From contig CAWGED010000019.1 of assembly GCA_963821525.1 (NCBI GenBank), positions 864,001 through 928,000 on the forward strand: a stretch of DNA of 64,000 nt, in the 5' to 3' direction. The stretch comes from an uncultured Gemmatimonadales bacterium. GTDB lineage: Bacteria; Gemmatimonadota; Gemmatimonadetes; Gemmatimonadales; GWC2-71-9. Positions within the stretch are counted from its first letter, which is position 1; every line of letters begins with the position of its first letter. The notes beneath the pieces were generated by a model. That model was not told the DNA's origin, searched no databases, and was given only the letters and a program-made list of their open reading frames with translations. The position numbers were made by a program, and so were the translations under genes. Positions 46,105-58,509 of the stretch are shown here, one piece after another.

Positions 46105-47539
46105 TCACTGATCCTGGCGGAAGAAATCGATATTTAAATAGCGGCTGACGTCCGTCAGCGCGTCATTACCCAGCACATCTCGCCAGCCCGGCTGGCTCGT
46201 TTCCTTGAGATCGTTGGAGTGCAGCAGCTTGTAGCCACCCACTCCACTCAGGTCGGCGAAGATGTAGTACTCACGCTTCCCTGTCGCATACCGCCAGACC
46301 TGGTAGGGTGGCGCCTTGCCCGCCGCGACCCGGTCCAGCTTCTCTTCGGCCTCGCCCTGGTGCCGCAGGAAGACTCTCCCGCGGTCCGTATTCCAACCCG
46401 CTCCGGTCTTCCGACCGCCCTCACGGTAGTTCTTGTTCGCGAACGCGATCATCTGGTAGAACGCTTCACGCGCCTCATTTCGCGCCGTGCCCGGGGTTGG
46501 ATCCCGCTTCTGTCCAGAACTGGGTCATGAACTCGCGTTTGGCCGCGAGACTCAAGCCGCTCTTGTAGACCGACAATTCGTCACGCTGCCCCTGGTAAAT
46601 CAGCGGCGCGTACGCGCTGTCGAGCTGCGCTTCATTCATCTGGCCGAAGTAACCTGCATCGGTCTCCCGCTCGGCGGCGAGTCGCACGGCCTCGCGATTC
46701 ATCGCCTCCTGGAAGTCCGCCATGATCAAATCGTCCGACCGTTCCTCCGTCTTGCCACCGGCGGTGAGGCTCAGCGTGAGCCGGTACGTCCCGGCCGGCA
46801 AACCCGTCAGGTCCAACTGGCCCTTCAGAATCGATCCACCCGCGGCAACCTGAACCGGCGTGGCCGGAGTCTTGATCAGAGCCTTGCCGCTGGTGTCGCT
46901 GACCGAAACGGACATCGTTCCGGGTTCGTCACTGTCAGCATACGCCTCGAGCAGGTAGAACGCTCGGGCCCTGAGGGGTGTCAGCCGGAGCCGGGTGGCG
47001 GTGGTAACCAGGGTGTTGCCCCATCGCCGTTCCCCCGGCTTGGGCAGGGTATCGCTCCCCGTTACCGGCCGCATCGCCGGCGACAACATCAGATCCGACG
47101 CACCGGGCGACTCGGTGTAACCGATCAGATCCACGCTGGACGCCATCTGCTGGCCGGAGACCGAGTCCTCTACCGTGACATCGAGCCGGAAGCGGCCCGG
47201 AGCCAGGCTGAACTCGACGACCTCCATCGCTGAGGCACCAGCGGCCTTCAAATCCGCCCGGGCGTGGTTGGCCCAGTTGTTCTCGTACAACGCCAAGCCG
47301 GTCTAGTCCGAAACCTTGACCCGGACCTTGTAGCTGAGCTGTCCCCCTGGATCACTCGATGTCGGGGTCATCCCGCTGAGCGGGATTTCGGCGAAGGCAG
47401 TTACCCTCGTCTGATTCCCTTCCGCCCGATAGTAGCGGAAGGCGCGCAGCGACAACTCCGGAGCCGACTGCTTTGCGATCGCCGAGCCCGCGCCTGCGAC
47501 GGCTGCGGCCAGGGCAACCATTAACGACAACCGATTCAT
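46105..47539 (-). CDS. GWxTD domain-containing secreted protein; 2 frameshifts
   Basis: Signal peptide (ORF 47303..47539), middle ORF 46475..47296 (SDLML, FW), C-terminal GWNTDRGRVF..YQVWRY..YIFAD. Confidence 0.8.
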
Positions 47540-47596
47540 TGCATCCCTTCCAGCGCCGGGAGTCGCAAGGACTCCCGGTCACCGGTCAAATCAGAT

Positions 47597-48718
47597 TTAC
47601 CACCCCAGGCCGAAGCTGATGAAGTGCGTCGGTCCGAGGACGCCGAGGTAGCGATAGGCGTAATCGACACCGAGGTTGAAATTGCCCATCGCATAGAAGA
47701 GTCCACCGCCCGCAGCCAGACCCTCGAGATTCTCTTCGTCATTCAAAGCCGTCGTAATGGTCGAGGGGTCCAGGTTGTTGGACGGGAAGTAGGTATAGCT
47801 GCCTCGCAGGGCGACGCCGAAGGCGGACCCACCAAGGTTCTTGGACATCCACTCCGCGCCGCCGGAGAAGCCGGCCTTGGTGTTGTTGGGCTGGTTGAAG
47901 TCGGCCAGGAAGGTCAGCCGGTTCGCCGTGCCGGTCACGATATCATAGGCCAGACCGACCCTGAACGTCGTGGGGAGCGGGAAGCCCTTGGTCCTCAACT
48001 CAGCGGGCTGGGGCGCCGACGGTACGGGATCCTCACCGGGCAGCGGCTCACGGGGCGTCTCGCTGTTCAGCGCATTGCCTGAATAGGAGAGGTCCGTGCC
48101 CAGGTTGGCCAGCACAAACGAGAACTTGATCGGGTGGTTGTTGAGCGAGGCGTGGAAGTTGGTGCCGAAGTCCACGGCGAAGGCGTTCCCGCTGGCATCA
48201 CCCAGGTTGTCCGACACGTACTTCGCGGTAACACCCGCCGAGAAGCGGTCCGAGAAGTTCTGGGCGAAGGTCAAGCCAATGAAGGTTTCGTTAACCGAGT
48301 ACACCGACCCGGTACCATCCGGTTGCTCGGTGGTGTAGACCGGCTGGTCCTTGAAGCCGAAGGTGCCGATCTGTAAGCCCACGGCACGGGCGCCGCCGCT
48401 GAAGGGGAGGGCAAAGCCGCCCCAGCTGTAGCGGGTATCCGCGACGTAGTCGTAGGTGCCGACCAGGATACCGGGCCGCGTCATCAGCGCGGTACCAGCC
48501 GGGTTGTAGTACAGTGCGCTGACATCGTTGGCGATGCTGGCGTACGCGCTGCCGAGCGCCGCGCCCCTTGCCCCGGCGCCGAGCAGCAGGAACTCGGCGG
48601 AGGTGGTGCCGTACGGCGTGTTGTCCTGTGTAGTCCCGGCCTGGGCCGCGAGGCCAACCGGCAGACCACCCAGCAGGGCCGCCAGCAGCACCAGGCGCTT
48701 GGGAAGATTCTCGATCAT
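47597..48718 (-). CDS. PorV/PorQ (UPF0164, FadL-like) outer membrane protein
   Basis: SAEFLLLGAGARGAALGSAY..DVSALYYNPAG, FSAGVTAKY, VDFG, NLG, LPTTFRVG, VDYAY, C-terminal FGLGW. Confidence 0.82.
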   Translation of the reverse strand: MIENLPKRLVLLAALLGGLPVGLAAQAGTTQDNTPYGTTSAEFLLLGAGARGAALGSAYASIANDVSALYYNPAGTALMTRPGILVGTYDYVADTRYSWGGFALPFSGGARAVGLQIGTFGFKDQPVYTTEQPDGTGSVYSVNETFIGLTFAQNFSDRFSAGVTAKYVSDNLGDASGNAFAVDFGTNFHASLNNHPIKFSFVLANLGTDLSYSGNALNSETPREPLPGEDPVPSAPQPAELRTKGFPLPTTFRVGLAYDIVTGTANRLTFLADFNQPNNTKAGFSGGAEWMSKNLGGSAFGVALRGSYTYFPSNNLDPSTITTALNDEENLEGLAAGGGLFYAMGNFNLGVDYAYRYLGVLGPTHFISFGLGW

Positions 48719-48780
48719 AGCTTAAGATCTCCTGGGGTGCTTGGGGGCCAGGCGGCGAACCGCCTGGCCCCACGGTATCA

Positions 48781-51700
48781 CTACTGGGCGAAGTTGACGA
48801 CCGTAAACCGGCCGACCCGACGGGCGTCGCCGGACTCGATGTGGTAGAAGTACACCCCGCTCGCAACCACCTGGTTGTTGCGGTTCCGGACATTCCAACT
48901 GCACTCGCCGCCGCTCGGGTTGTCAGCAGCACCAGCGAACAGGTTATCGAAGTTCTGGCAGGTAGTTCCCCGGGTTCTCCAGGACGTTCACCAGGACTCC
49001 GCTCGACGAGTAAATCCGGATAATGGCCTTGGCTGGCAGGTTCACGAACTTGATGAACTTGGTGTCCGTGGTCTGCTCGAATTCGCTCGTCACGTAATAC
49101 GGATCGGGAACGGTGTGGACCTTCTTCAGGTCGGTAACCGTGGCATGAGCGACCGTGTTGTTGGACTGGAAGGACACCCGCAAATCGGTCCCCACCGCGG
49201 TGAGTGGACGCACCCCATCGGGCATGCTGAAGGCGTAGGGGCCTTCAGAGCCGCCCGCCCCGTTACCGCCAGTGATCGCGCCGACGTACTGCCGGAGGGA
49301 CCAGACCGTGCCGCTGGCGGGTACCGCGCCACCAGTCAGCTCCATCGCGAAGATGTCTCCCGCGACATACAGCACGAAGCCGTTGTTGGCCGCGGTGACT
49401 ACCGGTACGGCCCGGCGGGAATGCGCCGCCGCTCCAGAAGCCCACCGGTCCCGGGGCTGCCGTATTGCTCAGCGTAAAGGCCGGGGTGCCGGCAGGGCAG
49501 ACGAAGCCGCCTGCCGCGATAGTCCGGAAGGGCTCGACGCACGCGAAGTCCATCGGCGTCACGGTGCCGGATCCATCCGGATTGGGCCCGACGCCGGTGG
49601 CATTCGCGTTCAGAATGCCCCAGGTGCCGCCCAACGTGAGTATTCCAGTTCCCCGGATCAGCGGGACCGGGAACCGGCACGTTGTGGGTCGCGTCGATCA
49701 CAGAGTCAATGACCCCGCCAGTGCCCCAGTACACGTTGAAGTCTGCCGCCCGGTGGGCACCCGCCATGATACCGGTCGACTCACGGCAACCGGCGCCGCC
49801 CGACGACTGGTAGCACTTGTTCTGGAAGATCGTGGTCACACCGGTAAGGGCACCCGCGTTGCTATAGCAGGTCATCGGCGTGCCACTGAAGTTCGCGACG
49901 TCACAGGCCTGCGGATCGGCCTGGGTCTCGTTGGTCGTCGGCGAGGGGCCGTCGAACCAGCGGGAACCGTTGTAGCTGCAACCGGCGCCCGTATCGAACC
50001 CGGGAACTCCGTTGACACAGCCGCGGCCGTACAGGATCAGGTACTGACGCCGGTGCTCGAGATATCGACCTGGCCCGGCAGCTTGAAGTTGCTGTTGCCG
50101 CCGAACTTGCTTGGCCAGGCTATTGTCGATCGGCAACGCGCTGAATGCGGCAGAGGCGGTCTCCACCCCATTCTGCTGCTGCTGGTCTACTGCGATCGAG
50201 AAGACCGTGTTGGACCCGCCGGCAGCCGCCGTAAACCAGTAGGTGTGCTTCGCGGGGGCGGTATACGGCGAGCCCAGCTGGATGCTGTCCATATGGGCCA
50301 CATACGAACCCGCGCCGGCCATTACCTGTGAAACCAGCGCTCCAAGCCCCGCGAACCAGTGATTGGCCGCCGGGAAGCGCCCGCTGAAGCGACCGGTGGT
50401 CGCATCAAGCGTCGGATTCGCAACCGACGTATCCAGCACGACGCCACGGCCCTCCAGAGTCGCCGCGGTGATCTGCGCCGAGCTGCTGGCGTTCGAGGCC
50501 GACTTGACCGGCGTGACCGCCTTCGTCGACCGGGCCGACTCGAGGCTCGAGTTACCCGACTGGAAGGAGTTCACGTCGAACGCCGTGACCGAGTAGAAGT
50601 AGCGGAAGTTGTTCCGCGGCGTGTTGTCCACATAGACAAACGGCACGCCGGTGTCATCCAGCGAGGGGCACCGGCTCTTGGGCCCGCAGGGACCGTTGAG
50701 CGCGGCGCCCGTCACGGCGGTATCACCCGTAGACGATCAGCGCCGTGCCGTTACTCAGGAGGAAACGGCCCACGCCCGGACGGACCTGCACCACGTTACC
50801 CGCCAGCGGAATTGCGTTGGGAGTGACCGTGGCAACGAGGTCGGTGCCGTCCTTGAGGTTTGCCACCAGTCCGGGGCACGAAGTCGTGAGCGCGAACTCC
50901 GGCGCGCAGTCAATGTCGGTATTGATCGTGCCGGTGTAGTCGTTGATCGTAGTGCCGCTGTAGTCGAATTGAGCCAGCAGGGTCAGCTCGTTCGGAGAGT
51001 CCACCCGGCCCCGGTAGACCCGGTACCCTTCGACGTCGTTCTGGACATAGCTCGGATCGTAGAAGGGGTTCGGCAAGCCCTGACGCAGCGGCGTGCTCGC
51101 GACCTGGAAGAACGGGTCGCCGGCACCAGTCTCGGTTGACGACGGCTGCCACATCACCGTCACCGAGTTGTCGCCCGGAATCAGGAAGAACTCGGGAGAA
51201 GCCGGTGCCGCCGGCAGCAGGAACTTCCCGTCAAACAGCGTCTGCGCGAAGATCGACTTCTGCAGCAGCGAGCCGTTCACGACGGTGAACTCCGACTGCT
51301 CGACGACCCCGTCGCCGTTCACGTCGGTCCAGTCCCGGAACCCGGAAATGGTGTCCACCGTGCTGGCACCGGTTCCATTTGCCATCCTCGTCGGATTGCT
51401 CAGGAAAGTCGGATTGCCCGGCACGATGCAATTGCTGCTGCCGGCACAGTTCGGCTGGGGACCCACCGGCGCGGCGAAGACATACGCCACCACGATGGAG
51501 CCATAGCCGCCGGGGCTCAACGTAAGCGGACTGGACGACTGGAAGAACCGCATGTCGTCGGGGCCGCTGGTATTCACGAAGCAGATGTGATCCGTGCTCG
51601 GGCTGTAGGTGCACGACGCGTCGCCCGCCGCGTTGCTGATGTTCCCCGACAAGTACCGGTAGAGCTGAATCGTGTTCTGAGCGTCGTCGAAGGCGCCCTG

Positions 51701-52834
51701 GTTGATCGTGTTGCTGAACAGATTGATGACACCGGCGCCGGTCGGGCTGGCCAGGTACTTCACGCCGACGAAGCCCGCGCCAGCGAAGAACGGCGCCTTG
51801 AAGATCGAAGGATCAAACTGCCATCCCTGGGCACCCAGAAAGTCGTGGGCATACACGTAACCCAGCGCGAAGGGCAGGTTCACCGAGGAGTAGTTGGTTC
51901 CGGCCTCCGCGACGTCCATGTCGGCCGAGAAGGCGGCGAACAGGTTGTTGATGGTATAACCGCCGGCCGGCACCGCCACCCCGAAGCGCTGCTGTACCAG
52001 GTCATGGAACTTCTGGGCCCGCTCCATCAGGACCGGCTGAATCGAAGGCCGGACCGCGGCGTAGTCGGCAGCGTTGGTGGAGGTGATGTTATAGAAGGTA
52101 TAGACGAAGTACAGGATGTCCTCGTTGCCGACCGGGAAGTTCCAGCTCATGCCCCGAGTTTCGACCATGATGCCGAGCGGGTGCTTGCGGCCCGCGTTCA
52201 GCGCCGGGTTGCCTTCCCAGGACAGGAACCACACATCCTGCTGCGAGGCAAACTTGCGGCAGTTGGGGTTGGCCACGTTGCCCGGATCGGTCTGTAGCGC
52301 CTCGTCGAAGAAGTTGGCCGTATTGTCCCCGTTCGGCACGCAGGCGGCGTCCGGCCACTCGGCCAGGTCGTCGGCGCGCGACGAGTTGTACAGGCCCTGG
52401 ATGAGTCGGTGGAGCCCGGCGATGCCGGAAACGTTGACCGGCTCGCCGTGCTCGGTGGTGCCCTTCGGGTCGAAGAAGAAGGCGCCGACCGTGTCGCCCG
52501 CCCAGGCGCCGCCGTCCGTGCCGATGATACCGGCCAGCTGCAGGCCTGAGTTGAACACATACTGGTCGGGCGTACCCTTGGGCCAGAACCCGCCACCGAT
52601 GGTGGACGAGTTGGTGGAGTCCACGCAGACCCGGCCGTCGGTGGCCAGGCCGCAGTAGACCCGGTTACCGGTCAGTGCGCCGAGCACGCTGCCGGAACGG
52701 GCGAAGAGGCGGAACCCGCGCGGCTTGGCGCCCGGCTTCGGCAGCGCGTCCGCCACGCTGGGAAGCAGAACCGCGATAGCCAGCGCGATCAGGGCTGCTG
52801 TAAGCGCCCCTCTCGTACGGAATCGTGAGTGCAT
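48781..52834 (-). CDS. Large secreted protein (~1350 aa) with T9SS type A CTD / FlgD-Ig-like C-terminus; several frameshifts
   Basis: Signal peptide; DVEGYRVYR and YFYSVTAFD (FnIII-like); C-terminus VHTVPDPY..KFVNLP..IRIYSSSGVLV..WNVRNRNNQVVASGVYFYHI..GRFTVVNFAQ*. Confidence 0.72.
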
Positions 52835-52852
52835 TGCATCCTCTCCAGAGAG

Positions 52853-52900
52853 AAAAAAACGTGGTGCCCGGTCCGGGGCGACGCCCCGGACCGGTCAACC
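52853..52900 (-). terminator. Intercistronic stem-loop with U-tract after the TonB receptor gene
   Basis: CCGGTCCGGGGCG/CGCCCCGGACCGG stem followed on the minus strand by T7. Confidence 0.6.
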
Positions 52901-52909
52901 GGTTACGCT

Positions 52910-55900
52910 TTAGAAGCTCAATTCCACGCCAAGGCGAACCCGGCGCTCGGGACCCGTGAAGTTCTGCTCGCCGCGGATGTGGTTGTACAGCGCATCCACC
53001 GCGCGGGTCTGCTCGGACACCGTGAAGATCCCATCGCCATCGCCGTACCGCTGCTCGGTCCGCTGCAGGTAGATGCAGTTGGGCGGAGCTGCCACCAGGT
53101 CGGAACTGATCCAGGTGGCGCAGGAATTCGCGCTCAGGTCGATGTCACCGTTGCTGAGTAGTGCATTGGGATTCGCCGCGGCTTCGTTCTGATAGTCCTG
53201 CAGCTCGCCGCGGATGATTTCATCGTGTTCCACGGAGCTGGTGATGTCATTGGTCGTGGTGAAGACCTGCAGGATGTTCCTGAAGTTGAACAGGTTCCGG
53301 ACGTCCATATACGCGGTCAGATCGACCCCGCCCAACTGGAAGCCCTTGGTGAGCTTCATATCGAAGAACTTGAGCATCGGCAGCCGGGCGCCGTTGTAAT
53401 CGCCCTCGATACGCTTGGCGCACACGGTGCCGGACAGCACGTTTTCGTCACCCGAATCGCCCGGGCAGCGGGTGTACGGCGTACCGCTGGCGAAGCGGAA
53501 GGTGGCGAACACACCCACGTTCTGGAAAATCGCCCCGCCAGTCGAACCCTGATGCCAGTTGTCGGGGAAGTTCAGGGCCAGCTGGCCGGCCAGGTTGTGC
53601 GGCCGGTTCTGGTCGGTGGTCAGGATCGCCTGAGGCGGAGGATTGTTGCCGCCGCCCAGGGCGTTCAGCACCCGTGAACCGAAGTTGATGTAGGTCGACG
53701 GATCCGAACCGGTGTTCTTGGCATCCTCAAAGGTGTACGCCAGGGTGCCGTTGAACAGCTCGCCGAAGCGGCGGTCGAACCGGATGTCGATACCCCGGGC
53801 GTTGCCGAAGTCGGCGTTGGTGACCACCCGGATGTCCACCGGCGCCTGCTTGAACGGATCGTAGAACGACACCAGGCGGCCCGCGGCATCCGACAACTTG
53901 TCCTTGTTGTACGCCGAGATGTCCAGCACCATGTCGTCGCTGAACGAATGCCGGATCCCGAACTCGAAGGTGATGGTCTTGCCGAAGTCGAGATCGCTGC
54001 CGTAGAAGTGGTTGGTGTTGGTGACGCTCAGGTCGGTGTTGATGCCGCCCAGGATCAGGCCGAAGTCCGGCGCCTGCACCTGGTGGGCGTAGGAGAGCCG
54101 GAAGTTGGTCCGCTCGGTCACCGGGAAGGACACCTGCACGTGCGGGCTCACATAGTCGTGGCTCTGATCCTCGACCATGATCGCGTCCGGATTGGACGAA
54201 TTGAAGCCCGGCATCGTGGAGATCCGGGGGAACCAGCTCTTGTTGCCAAGGCTGTCGGTGAAGTACGGCCGCGAGGCGCCGGTCTTGTACCAGTCGTAGC
54301 GCAGGCCGCCCACCAGCACCAGGTCGCCCAGGTCCAGCCGGTCTTCCACGAAGGCGTTCCAGCGGGTGGGCTGTTCCTTATATGCGTCGGAGAAGGCCTG
54401 GCTGGTCAGCTGGCTCGAGTAGTTGGTGATGTAGTACTTGGTGTACTCGCCACCCAGCTTGACCCGGTTATAGCGATCCACCTGCCAGTCGAGGTTCGCC
54501 TTGCCGATCGCCCGGTCTTCCTTGTACATGGAGAGACGCCGAGTCGGGCCGCCGCCGTCGAGGAAGGAAAGCGCCAGGTCGTTGGCAATCGGACCACGGC
54601 TGGAGGTCGAGTAGGGGTTGTTCCGGTACAGCTCTTTCAGTTCGTACTGCGCAGTGTTGTCCAGGTCATACGGCGACCGCCGGCCCGACGTTGCGCTGGA
54701 AGTTCCGCACCAGCCCCTGGTCGAGCGGGAAGTTGTCGAAGTTGAACTGGAAGTCCATCGGCTTGACGATGAACCCGCCCCACGGATTCCGGGTGTCGTT
54801 CTCGCTGCTCGTCGTGAGCGGACCCTCGATCGCCCGGTCCCACTGGTACGACGCGTACACGTCAAGCGCCAGAGCCCGCTCCGCCGACTTGGAGAGGTTC
54901 TGGGTGATGTTCAGGGTAGCCACGTTGTTGCCGGTGTACAGCGCGTCGAAGTCCACCGCGGCGCCGAACATCCGGCTGTAGCTGAAATTCCGCGAGTTGA
55001 GCTGGTTACGCAGGAAGCTCAACGCGGCCCGGGAGCCGGTGCCGTAGGTGTACGACAGCTTCGCGCTCGCCTGATAGGTCGAGGTCGGCGACACCGGAGC
55101 CTGACCACCGCGGCAGTCCAGCCCGTAGTTATTGCGGATGTCCGCGACGTGCGGGTTGGTCGGGTCCGCCGAACCGGCGTCCTTGAATGCGTCACACTCG
55201 CCGCGGTACACCGCGAACTTGTAGATGTCCACACTGTCGACGCCGCCCGATACCGGTACCGCCACCGTGGTATCGATGCCGGCGCTGACCAGAATCGGGG
55301 CCTTCTCGGCGTTGAATCCCTGCGCCGTGCCGGGGGCCGCGAAATCTGCCGATCCGCCCGTCGTCTGGCCCAGCAGGTCGCCACTCACGTAGAAGCTGAG
55401 GTTGCCGGTGATGGGGCCGCCGAAGCCGAGCCGCACCCGGTTCATCCCTTGGCTGTTGTTGTCCCCGGTGAGCGCGTCGGATTCATAACCGAAGGTCCCG
55501 CTCCAGGCAGTCCCGCCGCCCCGAGTCTGGACCGCGATCACGCCCGACTGCGCGTTGCCGAACTCCGCCGACGAGGCGCCGGTGGTCACCGAGGCGTCTT
55601 CGAATCCGCCCGGGCTGACCGCGATGGTGCCCGCATCCATGCCGACGAAACCGCTACCACGATTGCCCGGCGTTACTGGCACGCCGTCAATGTAGGTCAC
55701 TGCCTCGTCGGTCCGGCCGCCGCGGATCGTGATGGTCCTGGCGCCGTTGCTGGCTACTACGCCCGGCTGCAAGGCCAGCACATCCTGGATCCTGTCGACC
55801 GGAAGCTTCTCCACGTAGTCGCCCTGGAGGGTCTGCTTCGTGGTCACCTGGTCGCGGGGCACCAGCGCGTTCTGGGCTCCGACGACGGTGATTTCCGTGA

Positions 55901-56258
55901 TTTCAATGGGGGTCTGCTCGAGGGTGAAGTCCTGGGTGATCGTCTGACCGGCCGCTACGCGAAGGCCGGACACCCCGACGGGCTTGTACCCCACGAACGT
56001 CCCGACCAGCTCATACACACCGGACGGCACGTTGTTGATGAAGTAGTAGCCCTGCGCATTGGCCACCGCACCAAAGGCGGTTCCATTGATTCGGACCTGA
56101 GCGCTCGCAATCGGAGCGCCAGCCTGATCTCGAACCCGTCCCTCGATCTTACCAGTCGACTGCGCCAGGAGCGTGCCCGCTCCCAAGGTCAGTGCGACTG
56201 CCGCACACGCGATCCATCGCGCTAGGCGGACGAAGGCGCTAACACTGCTTTCTTTCAT
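52910..56258 (-). CDS. TonB-dependent receptor with N-terminal carboxypeptidase-regulatory-like domain; frameshift near 54670
   Basis: Signal peptide ..LLA|QSTGKIEGRV; plug LALQPGV..IRGGR..YIDG..AEFGNAQSGVI; GLRYD, SPHVQVSFP, RLSY, VRNLFN; C-terminus LGVELSF. Start ATG 56258 with GGAGG RBS. Confidence 0.88.
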
Positions 56259-56437
56259 GGAAACGTCCTCCGAAGACGTGAACACGACCTGCTGCACCGA
56301 AGGATCGAAAGCGTGCACAACCGTGGCGGCCCAGAGGCCACACAGGGGAGTGACATCGCCGGAACAACCTGCAGGAGATTGAGAGTGAAACGGACAAAAC
56401 GAACTATTTCCCGGCCGCGGCCGTGGTCGGGAGCATG

Positions 56438-56466
56438 AATATGAAGGCCGCCTCCGTACGTGTCAA
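56438..56466 (-). promoter_or_regulatory. Sigma70-like promoter upstream of the TonB receptor operon
   Basis: Minus strand TTGACA-N17-CATATT; implies a ~170-nt leader. Confidence 0.5.
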
Positions 56467-56632
56467 GGAACCGTAACGCGTCGAAAACCGAACACTCGTT
56501 CTGAGTAACCGTTTGAAACAACAGAGGATGGACCCCGCCGTTTCACGATGGCGACTTTGGTCTCATATCGCTCACCGCGCAATTTCACGCCGCACGAGCG
56601 GAACCGACTCAGCCCGCCCCCTAAACTCCATT

Positions 56633-57797
56633 TCAGGGAAGAATCAGGTCCCGTTGGGGGGTGTTGGGGGTGACCCGGGGTCCTTCCGGGCCCCAGAACA
56701 TGTTCACCTCGCTCCGGACCCCGAACTCGCCCGGCAGGTAGATCCCGGGTTCGATCGAGAACCCGACCCCCTGGATCAGCTGTCGGTCATCGTGGGTCTC
56801 GTAGTCGTCGAGATGGGGACCCGAGCCATGCAGGTCGCGATCGATCGAATGCCCGGTGCGGTGCACGAAGTAGTCGCCCCATCCCGCCTTCTCGATCACC
56901 GACCGCGCCGCCCGGTCCGCCTCGAAGCCGGCAACCGGCCTCTTTCCAGCCGCGCCCATCACCAGCGGCGATCGCCGCATCGCGCGCATCCCGCACCGTC
57001 TCCCAGACCCGCTGCACCTTCTCGGGTGGCCGCGCTCCGCTGAATCCCATCCAGGTCTGATCCGCAAACACGGTCGCGAGACCGCGTCCCGCCCAGAGGT
57101 CGAGCAGTACTACCTGCTCTTTCTGTAGCACCGCGTCGGTTCCCTTGACCGGTTCGTAATGCGGGTTCGCCGCATTCGCCCCGTAGGCCACGATCGGCGG
57201 ATGGTCGAATTCGAGGCCGCGCTGGTGCAGTCCGTCAACCACCCTCGCCTGCAGCTCGGTCTCCCGAATCCCCTGTCCGCGAGCGACCGCCCAGCGGAGC
57301 TCTGCCTGGGCCACCTCGGCCAGCACTTCCGCCGCATATAAATGATCGGCCGTCTCCGTTGTACTCCAGCTCGCGGCGAAGCGGCTGACCAGGGGCGCCG
57401 AGGGCACCACGGTCCCGCCAAGTTTTCGGATCAGCTCCACGACCCCGGCGGGCACCCGGTCCAGATACGGGACCGCGTCTTCCGGCGAGACTTCCATTGC
57501 GAGCCGCTTCCCGCGGACGAGAGAGCCCAACTCCTGATGCAGTTCCTCCCATCTGGCGTAGGGACGGACCTGGCCGGGAAACCCACTGACCGGTTGCAAC
57601 TCGATCTTGTGCGCAACGGCTGTGGCCTGACCCTCTCGCGGGATAAGCACGAACAGCCGCCTGCTTCCCATGCCGCCGACTCCCAACACCCGGCCGGTGA
57701 CCGGATTGACCGCGCGAAAATCGTAGAGCAGCCAGCCGTCGAGCTGGAGTTCCTTGAGGCTGGTCTGAATCGCCGAGACTTGGGCCGGAGTGATCAT
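56633..57797 (-). CDS. M24-family metallopeptidase (Xaa-Pro aminopeptidase-like); frameshift near 56965
   Basis: DGWLLYDF, NAANPHY, LLDLW..ADQT, then HRTGHSID..HG..FSIEPGIYLPGEFGVRSE. Confidence 0.88.
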
Positions 57798-58411
57798 CAG
57801 TATCCCCCAACGGGCATCGCCCGCCAATGGCAAGCGTCTTCGCCACGGCCGCGGCAGCGGTCGTGGACCATCAGTCCTTCGAAACCAGTCATCATCCTGA
57901 GCAACTCGCCGAAGGCCGCGCCATAGAATGAGCAGGCTCCCCCATCCGGAACCGCGTGGATCGACAGCGGCGACGGCACCTGGGCCACCGCCCCGTCCGC
58001 TCCGACTCGCAACGAAGCATTGAGGACCCGGCGCGCCGCGTTGGTCGCGACTCGAGCGCCGATCGCCTTCCCCATCCCCGAGGGAGTCACCTGCGCCAGG
58101 GCGCGAGCCGGCAACGCGCTTGAGCGGGCAGCATACCGCGCGGCACGCCTTCCCGCATCCGCGAACACGAGTTGCGCATCGGGGCGGCGGCTCGCCAGCC
58201 GGAAGACGGCGATCGCCTCGTCGGTCGCAACCCGGCCGTCCCGTTTGGCGGCGTCCTGGTATCTATTGATCTGTGCGGCCACGGTGGCGCTGAGTCCAAG
58301 GCGCTTGGAGACGATCTCGCCGGCAAGCTCCTCGAGGCCGTCCTCCACCGGCGTGTCGAGGTTCCGAAGCGCCTCGAGCAGGCTCAGAGGGATGATGGCG
58401 TGAACGGGCAA
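57797..58411 (-). CDS. Hypothetical protein with V4R-like C-terminus
   Basis: AGRRAA..CSFYGAAFGELL..DRCRGRGEDACHW cysteine pattern typical of V4R/BchJ-like domains. Confidence 0.6.
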   Translation of the reverse strand: MPVHAIIPLSLLEALRNLDTPVEDGLEELAGEIVSKRLGLSATVAAQINRYQDAAKRDGRVATDEAIAVFRLASRRPDAQLVFADAGRRAARYAARSSALPARALAQVTPSGMGKAIGARVATNAARRVLNASLRVGADGAVAQVPSPLSIHAVPDGGACSFYGAAFGELLRMMTGFEGLMVHDRCRGRGEDACHWRAMPVGGY

Positions 58412-58509
58412 GTAGGGGAATCGGGCAAGAGGGATCAGGGAGCAGTGAGTCCGGCGGGATTAGAATAACCGAAACTGCTCCCCGGGGACAATCATCAGGA
58501 GGTTAGCCG

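Noticed and set aside
57797..58411. bchJ as evidence of phototrophy
   Set aside because: Only a generic V4R-like cysteine pattern; no bch, puf or crt genes in the window.
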